DNA of 64,000 nucleotides from Psilocybe cubensis (Eukaryota): NCBI GenBank assembly GCA_017499595.2, contig CM038999.1, positions 2,728,001 to 2,792,000 of the forward strand, read 5' to 3'. Shown piece by piece: positions 37,935 to 50,093 of this stretch (position 1 is its first letter; each line of letters starts with the position of its first letter). The notes under the pieces were generated by a model. It saw only the letters and a program-made list of their open reading frames with translations, ran no database searches and was not told where the DNA came from. The position numbers and the translations under genes were made by a program.

Positions 37935-38602
37935 GCTCCTTTTTTCTTTTTGGGAAAGAAAAATAATTTGCGCGCGCACAAAAGTTGGATTCTTTTTAAT
38001 TCTTCTTTTTCTTTTTTTATTACTTTGCTCTATGGTAGAGAACCTCAGAAAAAAAAACCTTGGAGAAGACAAAACACGCCGCCGCAACTTGTTACTTTAT
38101 TTCCTCCTTTGTTTTTTTTTTTTTTCAGGACCTCTTCTGCCATAGGAGCTTCAAGTCTCTTTGTCTTCTTTCCCTTTATTTACTGCTTTGTCGATTGCTG
38201 TCCGGTCTCTCACCTCTGTATTATAACACGATCAACACATCCCCATGCTCTCTATGCCTATGCCTATGTCCTCCGCCAGCCGCACCACCACCTCTTTAAT
38301 CTACGGCCACACACATCCACGACCGCTTCGACAACCCAAACGCGCAGCCCAGGCATATCGACACGCAACGAAAAACACATATCTTATACCGCCCGCGTTG
38401 CCCCCTCTTTTTCATAATGATACCCACTACCTTTTATTTCGATAACTTTTTTTTTTCTTTTGTCGGTTTGTCATACTACCTATCTACCTACCTACTAGTC
38501 CCTATTAAAAAAGTGACCCATCGCTCCCCTTGCATCTTGGCTTTGGCCGTGGCCTGCAATCCGCGCAAATGTGTTACCACCCGACTGGCTATGTCCTTAG
38601 GG

Positions 38603-38677
38603 TCCTCCTTTCTCTTTTTTCTCTTTTTTCTTTTCTTTTTTTTTTCTTTTTCTTTTTTTCTTTTTTTTTTTTTTTTC
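38603..38677 (+). repeat. 75-nt pure pyrimidine (T-rich) tract
   Basis: Uninterrupted T/C run downstream of the bZIP stop, followed by AG. Confidence 0.9.
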
Positions 38678-39455
38678 AGATACCACCTTCGTATTCTCTT
38701 TTTATTTGAGTGAGTGGCCTACTTCACTGTATCGCACACCTCGACTCTGCCACACTCTCTTCGGCCCCGTCCGCTCGTTCACTTCGTCCCTCTTCTCTTG
38801 GTTTTACATGTGGAATTTCGTCGTCTTTCTCTCGGCCTCTCTCAACCCTTTGTATTGTTGCATCACGTCCAACCCTTTTTCTTTTTACTATTAGCTAGCG
38901 GTGCGCAGCAGTAGTAGTAGGTAGTAGCAGTAGCAGTAGCAACCTTCCTTCCTCCTACCCTGCCTACCTGATCAGATATCCCACCCAACCCCATAGACTA
39001 CCCTAATACTCGTCACCGCCGACAATGTTTCAATATAATAGCTTCTTTAGTATTTGTACTTTCAGCCCCACCCAAAAAAATGACATTGCATGCACGCATA
39101 CAATTAGTACTCAGTAGCCTTTAGGCCGCCGTTAGTTTCCCTTTGCTTTTTGTTTTTAGTTTTTAGTTTGGGTTTTAGAGAGGTTAGCTTTGCAATGGAC
39201 TTGGGATGTAAACTTTAGGCTAAACAGCGGTTTTTTTTGGTGGATTCCGCGATTGCCCGTCTGTCTGTCTGTCTTTTCCCTAGTCTCCAGCTCCAGCTCC
39301 AGTCCAATCAGTAGCTGGTTCAGCTCTACAACTCGCAACGGCGCGGGAAATTCGAACGGACTATACCTAGTCGGTTGCACGCACAGTCGGTTCATATTCA
39401 TGTTCATGTCAGATCAGATCAGCTCGGTTCGCTCAAGTTCTTCCCCACAACGACT

Positions 39456-39477
39456 CCCCCCCCCCCCCCCCCCCCCC
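39456..39477 (+). repeat. C22 homopolymer
   Basis: Directly visible run of C. Confidence 0.9.
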
Positions 39478-42093
39478 TTCATGATCATTTATTTCCCAGT
39501 GGCCCATTTCCCATGTTGCCCCCCCGGGTATTTGCGAACATTACTTGCCTGGTTCGTACTACGTAGCCTCGTTTTGTCTCCGCCTTGCCTTGGCTCGATA
39601 GTCGACATGCGTGCATATGCACTGCATACATACTACACACTACTAATATACCTCCGGGCCTGCCATTAAATGTTAATCGGTATTCCTACGCCGCGCGGCG
39701 CGATTCAGCCCGCTCCCGCTCCCCGCCTCGGGCAAAGCAAAGACAAACGTTACCAGAACTTTTTGTTCTCCACAAGTTGCAATCAATCATCTACCGCCTG
39801 ATCCACGCGCTCAGGCCTTTCAAACTTGTTGCAATCAGCTTTTTTTGTAGAGCTTGTTGCCGTATGATCAAAGCGCCGTGGTCCGTGGCCGTGTCTTGCC
39901 CGACGGGACGGCGGCACAGCAATGATAGCATTCATTGAATGGGAGTGGAAACGCGTCCGGACGCCTCCAGAAATAAAATAAAGCATCAAAACCACGGCGT
40001 GTTTTCGACGAGCCGCCGCAGGCTATTCAATTCTTCTTCTGTGCAAATTGTTCCAGGTTCCAGGCAGGCCGTGCCCGAGACGGAAAGTGTAGCAAGTTAC
40101 CTTACTGCATAGTGCTATAAGCCTATACGTACATTACGTCCACTGAAGTTCTGAACCGTCGAAAAAAAAAGGCCCACCCACACTTTGTCAAATAAGATAG
40201 TCATGTTGATCGCAAATAGGCCTTTCGCCCGTCCGTTGAACGCTTAAAGCCCAAACTCCTCCTTTTTACCCACTCCCCCTGCCTGACAATTTAGACAGTC
40301 GTGGGGGGCTGGAGGCACACCGTCTACCATTGATGGGGACACTGTGAGTGTCCGAGTAAACTCAAGTTATGTATATTTTTTGTTTGCGATGGTGCCTAGG
40401 TTATGGCCGGCCTAAATTTGGAACTGGGGGGGAGCCTCGCCTGCCTGGTTCATCTTAATGGATAGCGACGATTGCAAACGACTATCGCCATTCGCGACAC
40501 CCCAGTTCAACTGTCGTCTGCTCTTTTTTTTTCGGGGTTCTGATCTCTTATGATGCAACATGGATGGTGGAGTGCCCTTTTGTTGATAAGATGAGGTTGA
40601 TATGGAGGATCAAGGCTGATTATCAAGTTTCATTTAGCTCGACGAATAGCCTCGTTACTGAAAGGTTTTCTGAACTAGCACCCCAGTAGTTCTGGTACTT
40701 GAAAGCGTAAAAGACCTTAGAGAGCACACTATCAGTTGCCCGAAATAAGCTAGCAACTAGGGGGGATAATGGGCGGACTCTTTACGCGGCTTCAGCACGC
40801 GATATTGAGCAACTGATAATGGAAAAGGGGAAAAAAGGTTTGATGTCTGTTGATGCCGCCGCTATTGCGATTTGGAGATTTCGTACGCTGTAACAAGATA
40901 TGACGATTGGGATGCGGTGGTTACCGGATTACCCATGTGTCCGAAGGCCGTTTTCCGAATGTGCAGAGATGCATCTACGGCATACTGGTGTGAAATTCAA
41001 ACGAGCATTCCAGATAGTTCGTCTTGCTGCCTTGAGGCTCGCGTCCAGGAAAATGCAAAGTTTGTTGAAAAACACATGCTGTGGTGCAAAGTATTCAATG
41101 CAATGCAGATACTCCGTACAAGTGAGAAAAATTTGGAGCAGCTGCGATTCTGCCTTGAGATTAACCGAAGACATGGCGACGATTACGATGGAGAGATTTA
41201 TGGATACTTTGTGCTCCTGAGTCCTAGGTTCTGTCCGCCATCCGTTACTATTTTTCTGATGCTGATTATGTTTTGATCTGTTCGCGACCTAATTATATCG
41301 TGGGTAAGTAGTCCAGAAGAAAATTTTCAGCCAGTTACAACTTCGGGTTAAATCAATGAAGGATGAGACAGGCGTCAGGCAAAGTAGGTCTTGTTGGTGT
41401 CACTTAGGCATGACATATATGTCAAACAAATTGACAAAGTGGCAAGTGGCAGATACATACGCCCTCCCTTTATTAAGAGTGGCGTTGACGTTTAAACACG
41501 GCGTTAGATGGCGCGCGGAATGTCTTTTGAGCACAAGCCAAGGTTGGAAGTCATTGTTACTTGTGTTTTGCAACTTGCTGTTTCGACCCATTATCGGAAA
41601 ACAATTGCCTGGTCGCATAGAAGGACACATTTCCTTCGGCGCTTTTATTCGTGGGCACAAAAAAGGCAGGGAAAGCGATAGTAATGCCTCATATGCTAGT
41701 AGATTGAACTGTGTCGTGAATTTTCGCCGCGGCCATAATTGAGCAGGGTAGATAAACCCCGCATTCCCGTCTTTCGTGTGAGGATCCCGCTCAACTGACG
41801 CTCCTGTGCCGCCGTATCGCGTGAAAATAAACACAGGATTGTTGGACGAACTGATTGACCGCGTTCGTCTATCTTTGATTGTGCTATCCAAGAACAGCAC
41901 AGCACAAAACCATGACGTCTCGACGCATAAAACGAACCGATGGGGCTTGGCTCCGTGTACAATTGGTTCCATCAGTGTAGGCATAATCAGATTAGATTTT
42001 CCGATTGCAAGAGAGTACTTAGTGTGAAGTTTGCCTTGAGATCCGTTGCAATTCTCCTGGAAAAGTTGTGAATCGCTTATTTATCAATAAAGC

Positions 42094-42567
42094 ATGAACA
42101 AACCTACAGTAAAGTCGATCCATAGCTTTGATGTTGATATAAAGATCATGGACCACCGCGCATATTATTGAGTTGACATTGAGTTCATAGATGGAGACGC
42201 TCGTTTGTCGGGAAAGCGCAACGCTCAAGGATCTCGGCATTCTCAGGGCATCTTGGAAAATACAGAGGCCTATTTTGACCGAGGATCAGGCAGTAACTGT
42301 CTAGAACTAGGTTGGCTTAAAACAAAGGAGCAAGATACGGGAAGAAGAACATACTTCTGGCTTGTGGTAGGAACGCTTGACCATCTGGTTGCCTCTGACA
42401 GGTTAACCTTCCCAGTCTCCGAGAGAGGGATATTCATTCGTTCTAGCATGTGGACTTTATACTGTACGCATGGAGACAGTCTAAAACAAGCATTCAAAGA
42501 TTTTGCGTTGCGTATGGGTCGAATTCCGATTGAAGAATCCATCAGGCAGAGGGATGATGATAGTTAA
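42094..42567 (+). pseudogene. Possible orphan gene or pseudogene with one in-frame TGA
   Basis: ATG 42094 reads MNKPTVKSIHSFDVDIKIMDHRAYY*VDIEFIDGDARL in frame with ORF 42205-42567. No family recognised. Confidence 0.25.
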
Positions 42568-42885
42568 AAGGAAAGCTTCGTTGCGTCACAAAATGTAACA
42601 TGGTGCGGCTCAGGGTTAACTAAGGTCTTGATGGTCACCTTGTACTTTACCGTCAACGTTATGTATGACCTTGTACGTGTCAATTGTTGAATTGATGACA
42701 CGAACGTGCATTTTCCTCAATCATCATTTCCAACCCGATACAAGTGGGTCTGGTACATGTGCGATATGGTATCATGTGTCCTCGAAGACATCGCAATGCT
42801 ATCTTCAGTACTCCCCAAATAGAACGGCGGACATGATTTAAGAAGCAATCTCTGCTGTTGCATTCCACTTGACGGGGAAACTGCA

Positions 42886-44909
42886 ATGACATCCACAAAC
42901 GCGCTCATTTGCTTCACTAATTGCTTACTTCCGCAGGAAGATGGGAGCTTGGTGGCCCGAGACTTGTGGATTGACGAAGCAAGCGGCACCATCCTCAATG
43001 CTCAGGTATGCAGAAATTTATGTACTGCTTTTAAACTGTATGTTTACACAGACTGTTCGTTTGGTTCAGGAAACGTTTTATATGCGTAGAGAGCGCCCAG
43101 ACAGAATCATTGACGTTGGCGGAAACATCCTGAGGTAAAGCCTCTCTTTCTCTTGACCGTCTTGGTTGAGGTTACTGTAACGTGAAATACCCTATGGACT
43201 TACCACGTCATCTACCTTCAGTCCTGGCTTTTTAGATATTCAAATCAATGGCGCTTATAATTTCGACTTCTCTGTATATGAAAACGATGACGAGAAATAC
43301 CGTCAGGGTATGAAGATGATTGCCGAAAGGATTGTAGAAACTGGAGTCACTTCGTATGTCTATTTGCTTTCAGCGAATCTTGACTTATTGGCTCAGTATC
43401 GACATTCTAGACTTTTACCGACCATCATTGTATGGTCCCTATTCCTCGCCATGGGATAACGAGATAAACTCATTCAGATTTCTTTGTGTTAGACTCAAGA
43501 GAAATCGATATACCCAAAGCTACTGAGTTTACTAAAACCATTTTCTACACAAACATCCGCAACCCTCTTGGGATGGCATGCAGAAGGCCCATTTATTGAT
43601 CTCACAAAACGAGGAGCTCACGCTCCCGCGTACCTTTTACCAGCAGTAGATGGATTTAAATCTTTCGAAGACGTTTATGGCGCTGAAAATCTTGTTGACG
43701 GAGGGGAATGGGTCAAACCAAACAATGATCCTGCTGTTCGGCTGATCACCGCTGCACCTGAAATTCCCGGTGTAATGACAGCATTGGACGAATTTAACAA
43801 GAGGGGTATTGCGTTCTCCATAGGACACAGGTTAATCATATTTCCTTTACCAAAGCTCAAATACTGAACCTTGTGTTTTCAGTGTTGCGACAACAGAAAT
43901 TGCCACAGCGGCCGTGCAGCATGGTGCACGATTAATTACACATCTCTTCAATGCAATGCCCCAGCTACACCATCGAGACCCCTCTATCATCGGTTTGTTA
44001 GGAGCATCTCCGCATCTTTCGTCTCCAACTCCACTGGCTCCTCAACTTCCATGCGCGTTGCCAGAGTCGATCCCTTCCTTTGAACTTCCCGGCGCCCAAG
44101 TCATCGAAAGTCCTACTGAAAAGGAAGAATCTGCCTTCCAGACATCCTCAGAAGCATTCGATGACTCAGGAATAATTACTCCTAAGAGGGAGGGTACCAT
44201 TCTCAACGGACACGCACCGTCGTCCAAGCAGCCGTTCAAGAAACAGAGCAGGCCGAGCCTCCATCTAGATAAAGGCCAAATTGCAGACATGGCTTTTGAG
44301 CGTCCATACTACGGTCTCATCGTCGATGGAATACATTGTCATCCTAATTCAGTCCGGGTATGTGCCAGGAAATTACGTTTTTCTTTTGTATTTACATCAC
44401 TTATCTTTAGCTGGCGTACTCTTCGTATCCTGAGGGCTGCATCTTAATCACAGACGCCATGAAAATTCTTGATCCAAATCTCAAGGATGGTATCCATGAG
44501 TGGCGTGATGGGAAAAGATTTTTGAAAGATGGTGCAAAACTATTCATTGAGGGAACGACTACTCTCGCCGGAAGGTGAGTCCTTCCTACCGTTAGTGCCT
44601 ATTCTCAACTCAAAGACATCTTCAATTAGCGTGGTTACATTAGACCACTGCGTCAGAAATTTATCTCGGTTTACTGGTTGCTCTTTAGGGGAGGCTATCA
44701 AATGCGCGACTTACAATCCAGCCAGGTTTGCGCACCAATTCTCACAAATTAATAATATGCTGAAATATCATTGCAGATGTTTAGGCATTGAAAACAAGAA
44801 AGGGACTCTACGCCCGGGAGCTCATGCTGATCTCATCATACTAGATAGGCAAGGTATTGTTCTTAGTACCTGGGTGAAGGGTGTCAAGGTATGGAGTAAA
44901 GATATTTAA
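42886..44909 (+). CDS. DAC1: N-acetylglucosamine-6-phosphate deacetylase (CE9)
   Basis: [76 protein letters not shown]. Confidence 0.95.
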
Positions 44910-45451
44910 ATTGCCGAACAGCAATTCGTGATTGTATTAAAGCGTAGTAGATAAATTTCTATCGAGAATTTGTTAAGTTACACTGGAAGCAATCACTGTC
45001 CTCTTCAACCTACTGTCTTTTAAAGTCAAACCCGTTAATTCTCAAGTACAAGTGTACAACCATCTTTTCTGACCCTTATTACTACTAAAAGTACAGCATC
45101 CAATCATAGTCACGGCTTCGCGCGTGGCACGCGGCGCGTCTCAAAATGAGTCACGCGGAGCGCCGAGTCATGACCGTTCTGCGGTAACAGTGATTACGCG
45201 CGCAGTTGCGCGCTTGTCAGTGCCATTTAAAGAATGCGACGCTCGCTTGTTGGGACTTTATTCCCCCTTGAGTATCATCCCTGCGGTTGCGGTACAAAAC
45301 CAAGTCATATTTCTGGTTGTGTATAGAGCATATATATTGCTTGGGGTGAGCCTCGACTGGAAAGTAAAGTTCTTCAGTCCACTGTTCCAGGTCCGTTACC
45401 GTCCTAACTAGCCAGCACTTTAACAAGTTGAAAGCTGAACCTTTGGGACAA

Positions 45452-46911
45452 ATGCGAAGTTCGTCTCCAATATATTTATCCTCCAATATAACCCCTCATT
45501 CTTTACAACCAACCACATAACAGGCCCAATTCCTTCCTTCCGCATATCGGCCAAGGATTCTGAGCCAATCGCCCCAGATTTGCCTCCGGAACTATTGTCC
45601 TATGTCTTTCAACTCGCACAACCGTGCCAGTACACGCATAACAAAGTTCCTCGAATAGAAATTACTGTCAGCCACGTCTGCGGCTACTGGAGAGCAGTCG
45701 CTCTGACGGAACCTCGTCTGTGGAATCATATCAGTATTCACTCGAATCGGTCGTTGAAGAGAATTCCAACATACCTGGAAAGATCTGGCCCCACACTTCT
45801 CCTAGACATCGATGTTGATGTCTACCATTATGACAAAACCCTGTTGGCGATTGACGCGATCCCAAAGGCAACTTTGTTCCAAAAAGCTGTTGGGGCGTAT
45901 ATACTTCAAAATATCCATCGAATTCGGAGACTCTCATGCATTTGTTACAGCAAACAGACTCTCATCAATATCATGCGCCCGATTTCGAAGTCGACAGCCC
46001 CCGGTATTCAGAGCCTTGTGATGAAATACGACATCTGCTCAGACGAAGGCAATCACATTCAGAACAATCGAAGTACACCTGTGTTAAACGGAGGTGCCCC
46101 TCGTCTATGGTATTTGGAGTCGGATATGATTGACACTCGATCAAATCTGGATTCACTTCGAAATTTAACCACACTTGACCTGCACATAGTCGCAGGCACG
46201 ACTCGACACACTTACGATTCTTTCGTCGAGATGCTCAAAGCCCCGCGCGCACTCCAATACTTATCCATCGAAGGCAACATTAATATGAATACTTGGCCGT
46301 TACATACTGGTGGCCCACAGTTTGTACTGAAAAAATTAACAGGTCTTCGGTTAATTAGCCTCGGAATAGTTGCTGCAAAATTTTTGCTCTCTGTATCCGC
46401 TCCTCAACTCAAATCACTGTGGCTGGACACCAACTCGGACAATTTCCACTTTCTTTTCGACGCCCCACAGATGGTTGTCACCGACGGACGTTCAAAATTC
46501 CCGGCGCTCAAATATTTGACAACACTCAGCGGCAGTCTCGCTGATTGTGTAAAGTTCTCTGAGATCTTCCCCACTGTCACACACCTCCATCTCGCACGCC
46601 CATTTTTCTCAGCGGTGAATACGTTACAGAAGGCCCTGGAAGATGGCTGGGCATCCATGGATACCCTCGTCTTCACAATGTTCAGAGAGTCGCGTAGCGC
46701 CAGGGACAGACTTTATGGCATCCTTCATGCCATTCTGGTTCATCGTCGCACTCATGGACGTCCAATCAGAAGGTTTCTGCTTGACCGGGACCATTTTCAA
46801 GATATGATGACAAATTTTCCTACTATCTCTGCAAATGTAGAAGCACATGTCATCGAAAGTACAAATTACGACGAAGTTTGGTGGAACAAGGCTGACAAGC
46901 AAGAACTATGA
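45452..46911 (+). CDS. F-box protein
   Basis: 7-nt first exon ATGCGAA, intron 45459-45523 (GTTCGT...CAG), then LPPELLSYVF...VSHVCGYWRAVAL..PRLW...YLERSG and LRR-like repeats. Confidence 0.88.
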
Positions 46912-47746
46912 TACCCGGGGGACACAGCGAAGTTATTATCACAACCTTGTTCCTTTCGATGATTATTCCTTTGTTTATTTCTTGCACTTACATTGCTGCT
47001 TGACTAATTGAAATGGATATCCTTTTAACAAGACCGTGTTGCTCCAGAAAATCTTTGATGATATTTAAGCTAACAATGGTAATGTACACTTGCGATGACA
47101 GAGATATCAGCTAACCAGCTGAACAAACTAGGGAGAAATACAATCTATATATTATACTACCTAAAGACGAAATCAAATGCTAATCGATACAGAGGGGATA
47201 GTCAAGGCACGGTGACAGATAGGCGGATTACAGAAGGAACTCTTAAGGAGTTCAGTGAGTCCCAATACGAAAACAAGAAGCTGAGAAGGCTTGCGTGCCA
47301 GCGCGGATCAGGAGTAAGGGAAGTTGGGTGACGGATGGGAAAGTGGGATGCGGGAAGATAGGAAGACTGAAGAAAATTCAGTAAAGGGTGAAAAGGACCC
47401 GCGGTAGCTTCTGGCAGCGTTGGGCTGAGGGAGGGATAGATTCAAGAGAACAAAATAGCGATGGATTCCATAAAAGAGCGTGGGTGGGGTTGCCAGTGAG
47501 TCTAGCAAGTCCTCCGATCAAGAGCCAAAAGAGATGGCAAAAAATTGGTAAAGATTGTAGTGGGTGGAAATAGCAATAAGATATGTTGCATAAATGCATG
47601 AATCCTTGGTGTTGGAGAGGAGTAGATTGACAATGCGGGTGAGGAGAGGGATGTGATTTTTTAGATTGTTTTCGGTCGTGGTATCTCAAGAGCGAGCTGA
47701 TGGCGACATGAAGCACAGCTAGCATGGTGAAGGGGGTGGGGGTTCG

Positions 47747-48044
47747 TTACATGCAAGCATACTTGCTGCAAAATGGCTCTGGGGCAGCCTCACGAGCAAC
47801 TTCAGCGACGATTTCCCGTGCCTACACAAAAGTCAGACCCTCTATCCTGCTAGTCATGTTAGGCCAAAATACTTACTGTAGCATCTCGGGATTCAACGTC
47901 AAGGGGAGGGATGACGACGGGGACTGGGGCTGCTGATACAACTGCGGTCACTTGTCGACGATATCAGTACCATGATCGAGAACGATAAAGAGTTGACGAC
48001 TTACTGCAGGCAAAGAAAAGAGCGGTGAGCAGGTTGAATTGCAT
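47747..48044 (-). CDS. Small secreted prepropeptide (62 aa); predicted mature peptide FCSKYACM
   Basis: Exons 48044-48005, 47950-47877, 47821-47747; introns of 54 and 55 nt, both GTAAGT...AG with branch-like sites. Product MQFNLLTALFFACMTAVVSAAPVPVVIPPLDVESRDATAREIVAEVAREAAPEPFCSKYACM*. Confidence 0.85.
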
Positions 48045-48137
48045 GTTTGCAAAGATTGACCGAAAACGAAGAGGACGAAAGGTGCAGTGGGTTACTTTGT
48101 AGAATGCCGAGGAACCGTCCTTTGAAGTACATCCTTC

Positions 48138-48143
48138 TTTATA
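48138..48143 (-). promoter_or_regulatory. TATA box of the prepropeptide gene
   Basis: TATAAA on the minus strand about 95 nt upstream of ATG 48044. Confidence 0.55.
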
Positions 48144-50093
48144 TGCGAATTGGGAAAAGGTCGCGAAGGCAGGAGTGTAGACAAGGTATACTCCAAAAGA
48201 GGATCGAGACCGAATTAAAACGCGGGATTCGGGTATCTGTCAGTCGATGAGAACTCTGCAAAGAATTCGAACAAGAGCATCGGCAACGGCAGCAAAGGCG
48301 ACTTGCCGTCCGTTTAGACCCCATATACTTTGCTTTACGGAGTGGTGGGTAGAGGGTGCATATACATTTTATTATAGATTTCGTTGTTCTATCTCCGTAA
48401 TTCATCTGAAATTAAAAGATGCTGACGATCTTGATTCTTGCTCTACTCGAGAGCCAAAAAACCTAGTGAGAGATGAGTAATTAGCAAAAAGGTCGAAGGA
48501 AAACACGAAAAAAAGAAACTAGACCGGACCTAATGCTGGCCATGGTCACTGAGTATCGGAGCGTTGCTGATTGAGATTGGCCGTACCATGTTGCCCTACC
48601 TTGATCTTTTCTTACCATCATGGGCGTAGTAGTCCAAAAGGGTGCAGTACATAAACACTCTTCCAAATCGAGACTTTAACCCACTTCTTGATTCCATTGT
48701 CCGGTTTAGGAAGCTAGTTTATTCCTCATCCCTTGAACACACTTTGCAAGGTTTTTCTGGCAATTGCTTGCAAGCCGTCATCAGAGAAAGATGGAAAAGT
48801 TGGACAGTTAAACTGACTTCTTAATGACGTGCGCATGCATCTCCCAATCCCTAAAGCCATTTTGCTTCCATGAGATCGTTGGTATTGGTTCTAAAAATAA
48901 ACGGACTTCAAGTTGGTTAGAGGTGATTTGTGACATAGTATGAAAGGGTTTTCACTTCTTGCCTACTGGAACATAGTCCTCGCTGACGACTACAGTCTCA
49001 TAGAAACGTTCAACATATCTCGTTCACTTTTCACTTGGGAGCAGCCAAGCCGCAGAACGATAAGCTCTTGTTCGATTATTGAAACTCGTGTTAGATGGAA
49101 ATATAATGCACAAGGCTCAAGCTGACAAGACGTTCTGGGCCCTCCTGGCATTTCCCTGCCATGCCTAGTTTCTGAGAGAGAAAGATTTTAGATTAAAGTC
49201 AAGCCCTGGATATTAAATGTAGATGATAATGATATGCGGAGCGTGTTGACATAATTTAGCGTATTTTTGAGAAAGATATAGCGCAGCGTACTTGCTGGCA
49301 CAATGTAATCCCCTACAAAGGAAAGACCAAAGATCACTTAACACAAAAATTGTGCACATTGGAAGCTTCCTATCATAGATTCCAAACACGAGTTGCTTGA
49401 ATTATGACCACATCATTGCCGAGGACACACAGCCTAAAGAAAATGCACATCCATTATGTATGCATTCTCAAGAAGGCAAGTAGAAAAGGTACACCAAAAG
49501 AGGAGATGCCCATAATATAGGACATAGTTGATGTACAGGATCCAGCGTTCGCAGAAAACCATCTGCCGACGATTTTATAGGCCCACAGCTCTGCCTACTT
49601 CGTCACTATAGGCCACTTTAAGACTTGAGAAATCGTGTGAACGGATTTCAGGTCAGGAAACATTGTGGAGGGTTCTCTCATGATTGTCGGATGTGTGATC
49701 AACAAAATAGAAACCCCTATAACTGCCTATTAATATCGCTCAAATACCGTTTAGACAATAGAACGCACGGAAAGAGATGAAACACATTACTTCGACTCGA
49801 GCTCTATTTCAGCGATTTTTAGGTGCCCTTGTAAATCGTCACAGTTCAATGAGCAGCATACGAGAATGAGAGCCGTGTGCACGTTCAGATACAACGGGAC
49901 TCCTCAAATCGATTCATTGACGTCACCGATCAATTAGCGACAGTCAAAAGATGGATACTGCACTTGTGGTCCTTTTCTGAATCAGACCTATTTTTTGGAA
50001 CATTGGCCAAGTACACATTCAGTTTGGATCGTACACAAGATATTACATTTTCGAAGATCATAATTTCCAAAAGATAGTTGCCAACGTTTGGCA

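Noticed and set aside
36600-37940. bZIP as HAC1/HXL1 with an Ire1-spliced intron
   Set aside because: CNGCNG hexamers occur (e.g. about 36865 and 36929) but I could not place them in paired 7-nt-loop hairpins; both introns found are ordinary GT-AG.
42581-42593. Ndt80 MSE-like CGTCACAAAA / TGACGCAA site upstream of the deacetylase (TGACGCAA also at 35867)
   Set aside because: About two copies of any 8-mer are expected by chance in 64 kb on both strands, and Ndt80-family factors are largely absent from basidiomycetes.
42886-44909. GlcNAc catabolic gene cluster
   Set aside because: No glucosamine-6-P deaminase, hexokinase or GH3 gene nearby.
47200-47725. Separate minus-strand gene from ORF 47378-47725
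   Set aside because: Lies directly behind the peptide gene's stop with C/T-rich UTR-like composition; more simply read as 3' UTR.
47747-47775. CaaX lipopeptide pheromone reading of the small peptide
   Set aside because: The last Cys is second from the C-terminus (ACM*), not fourth, and the protein has a signal peptide.
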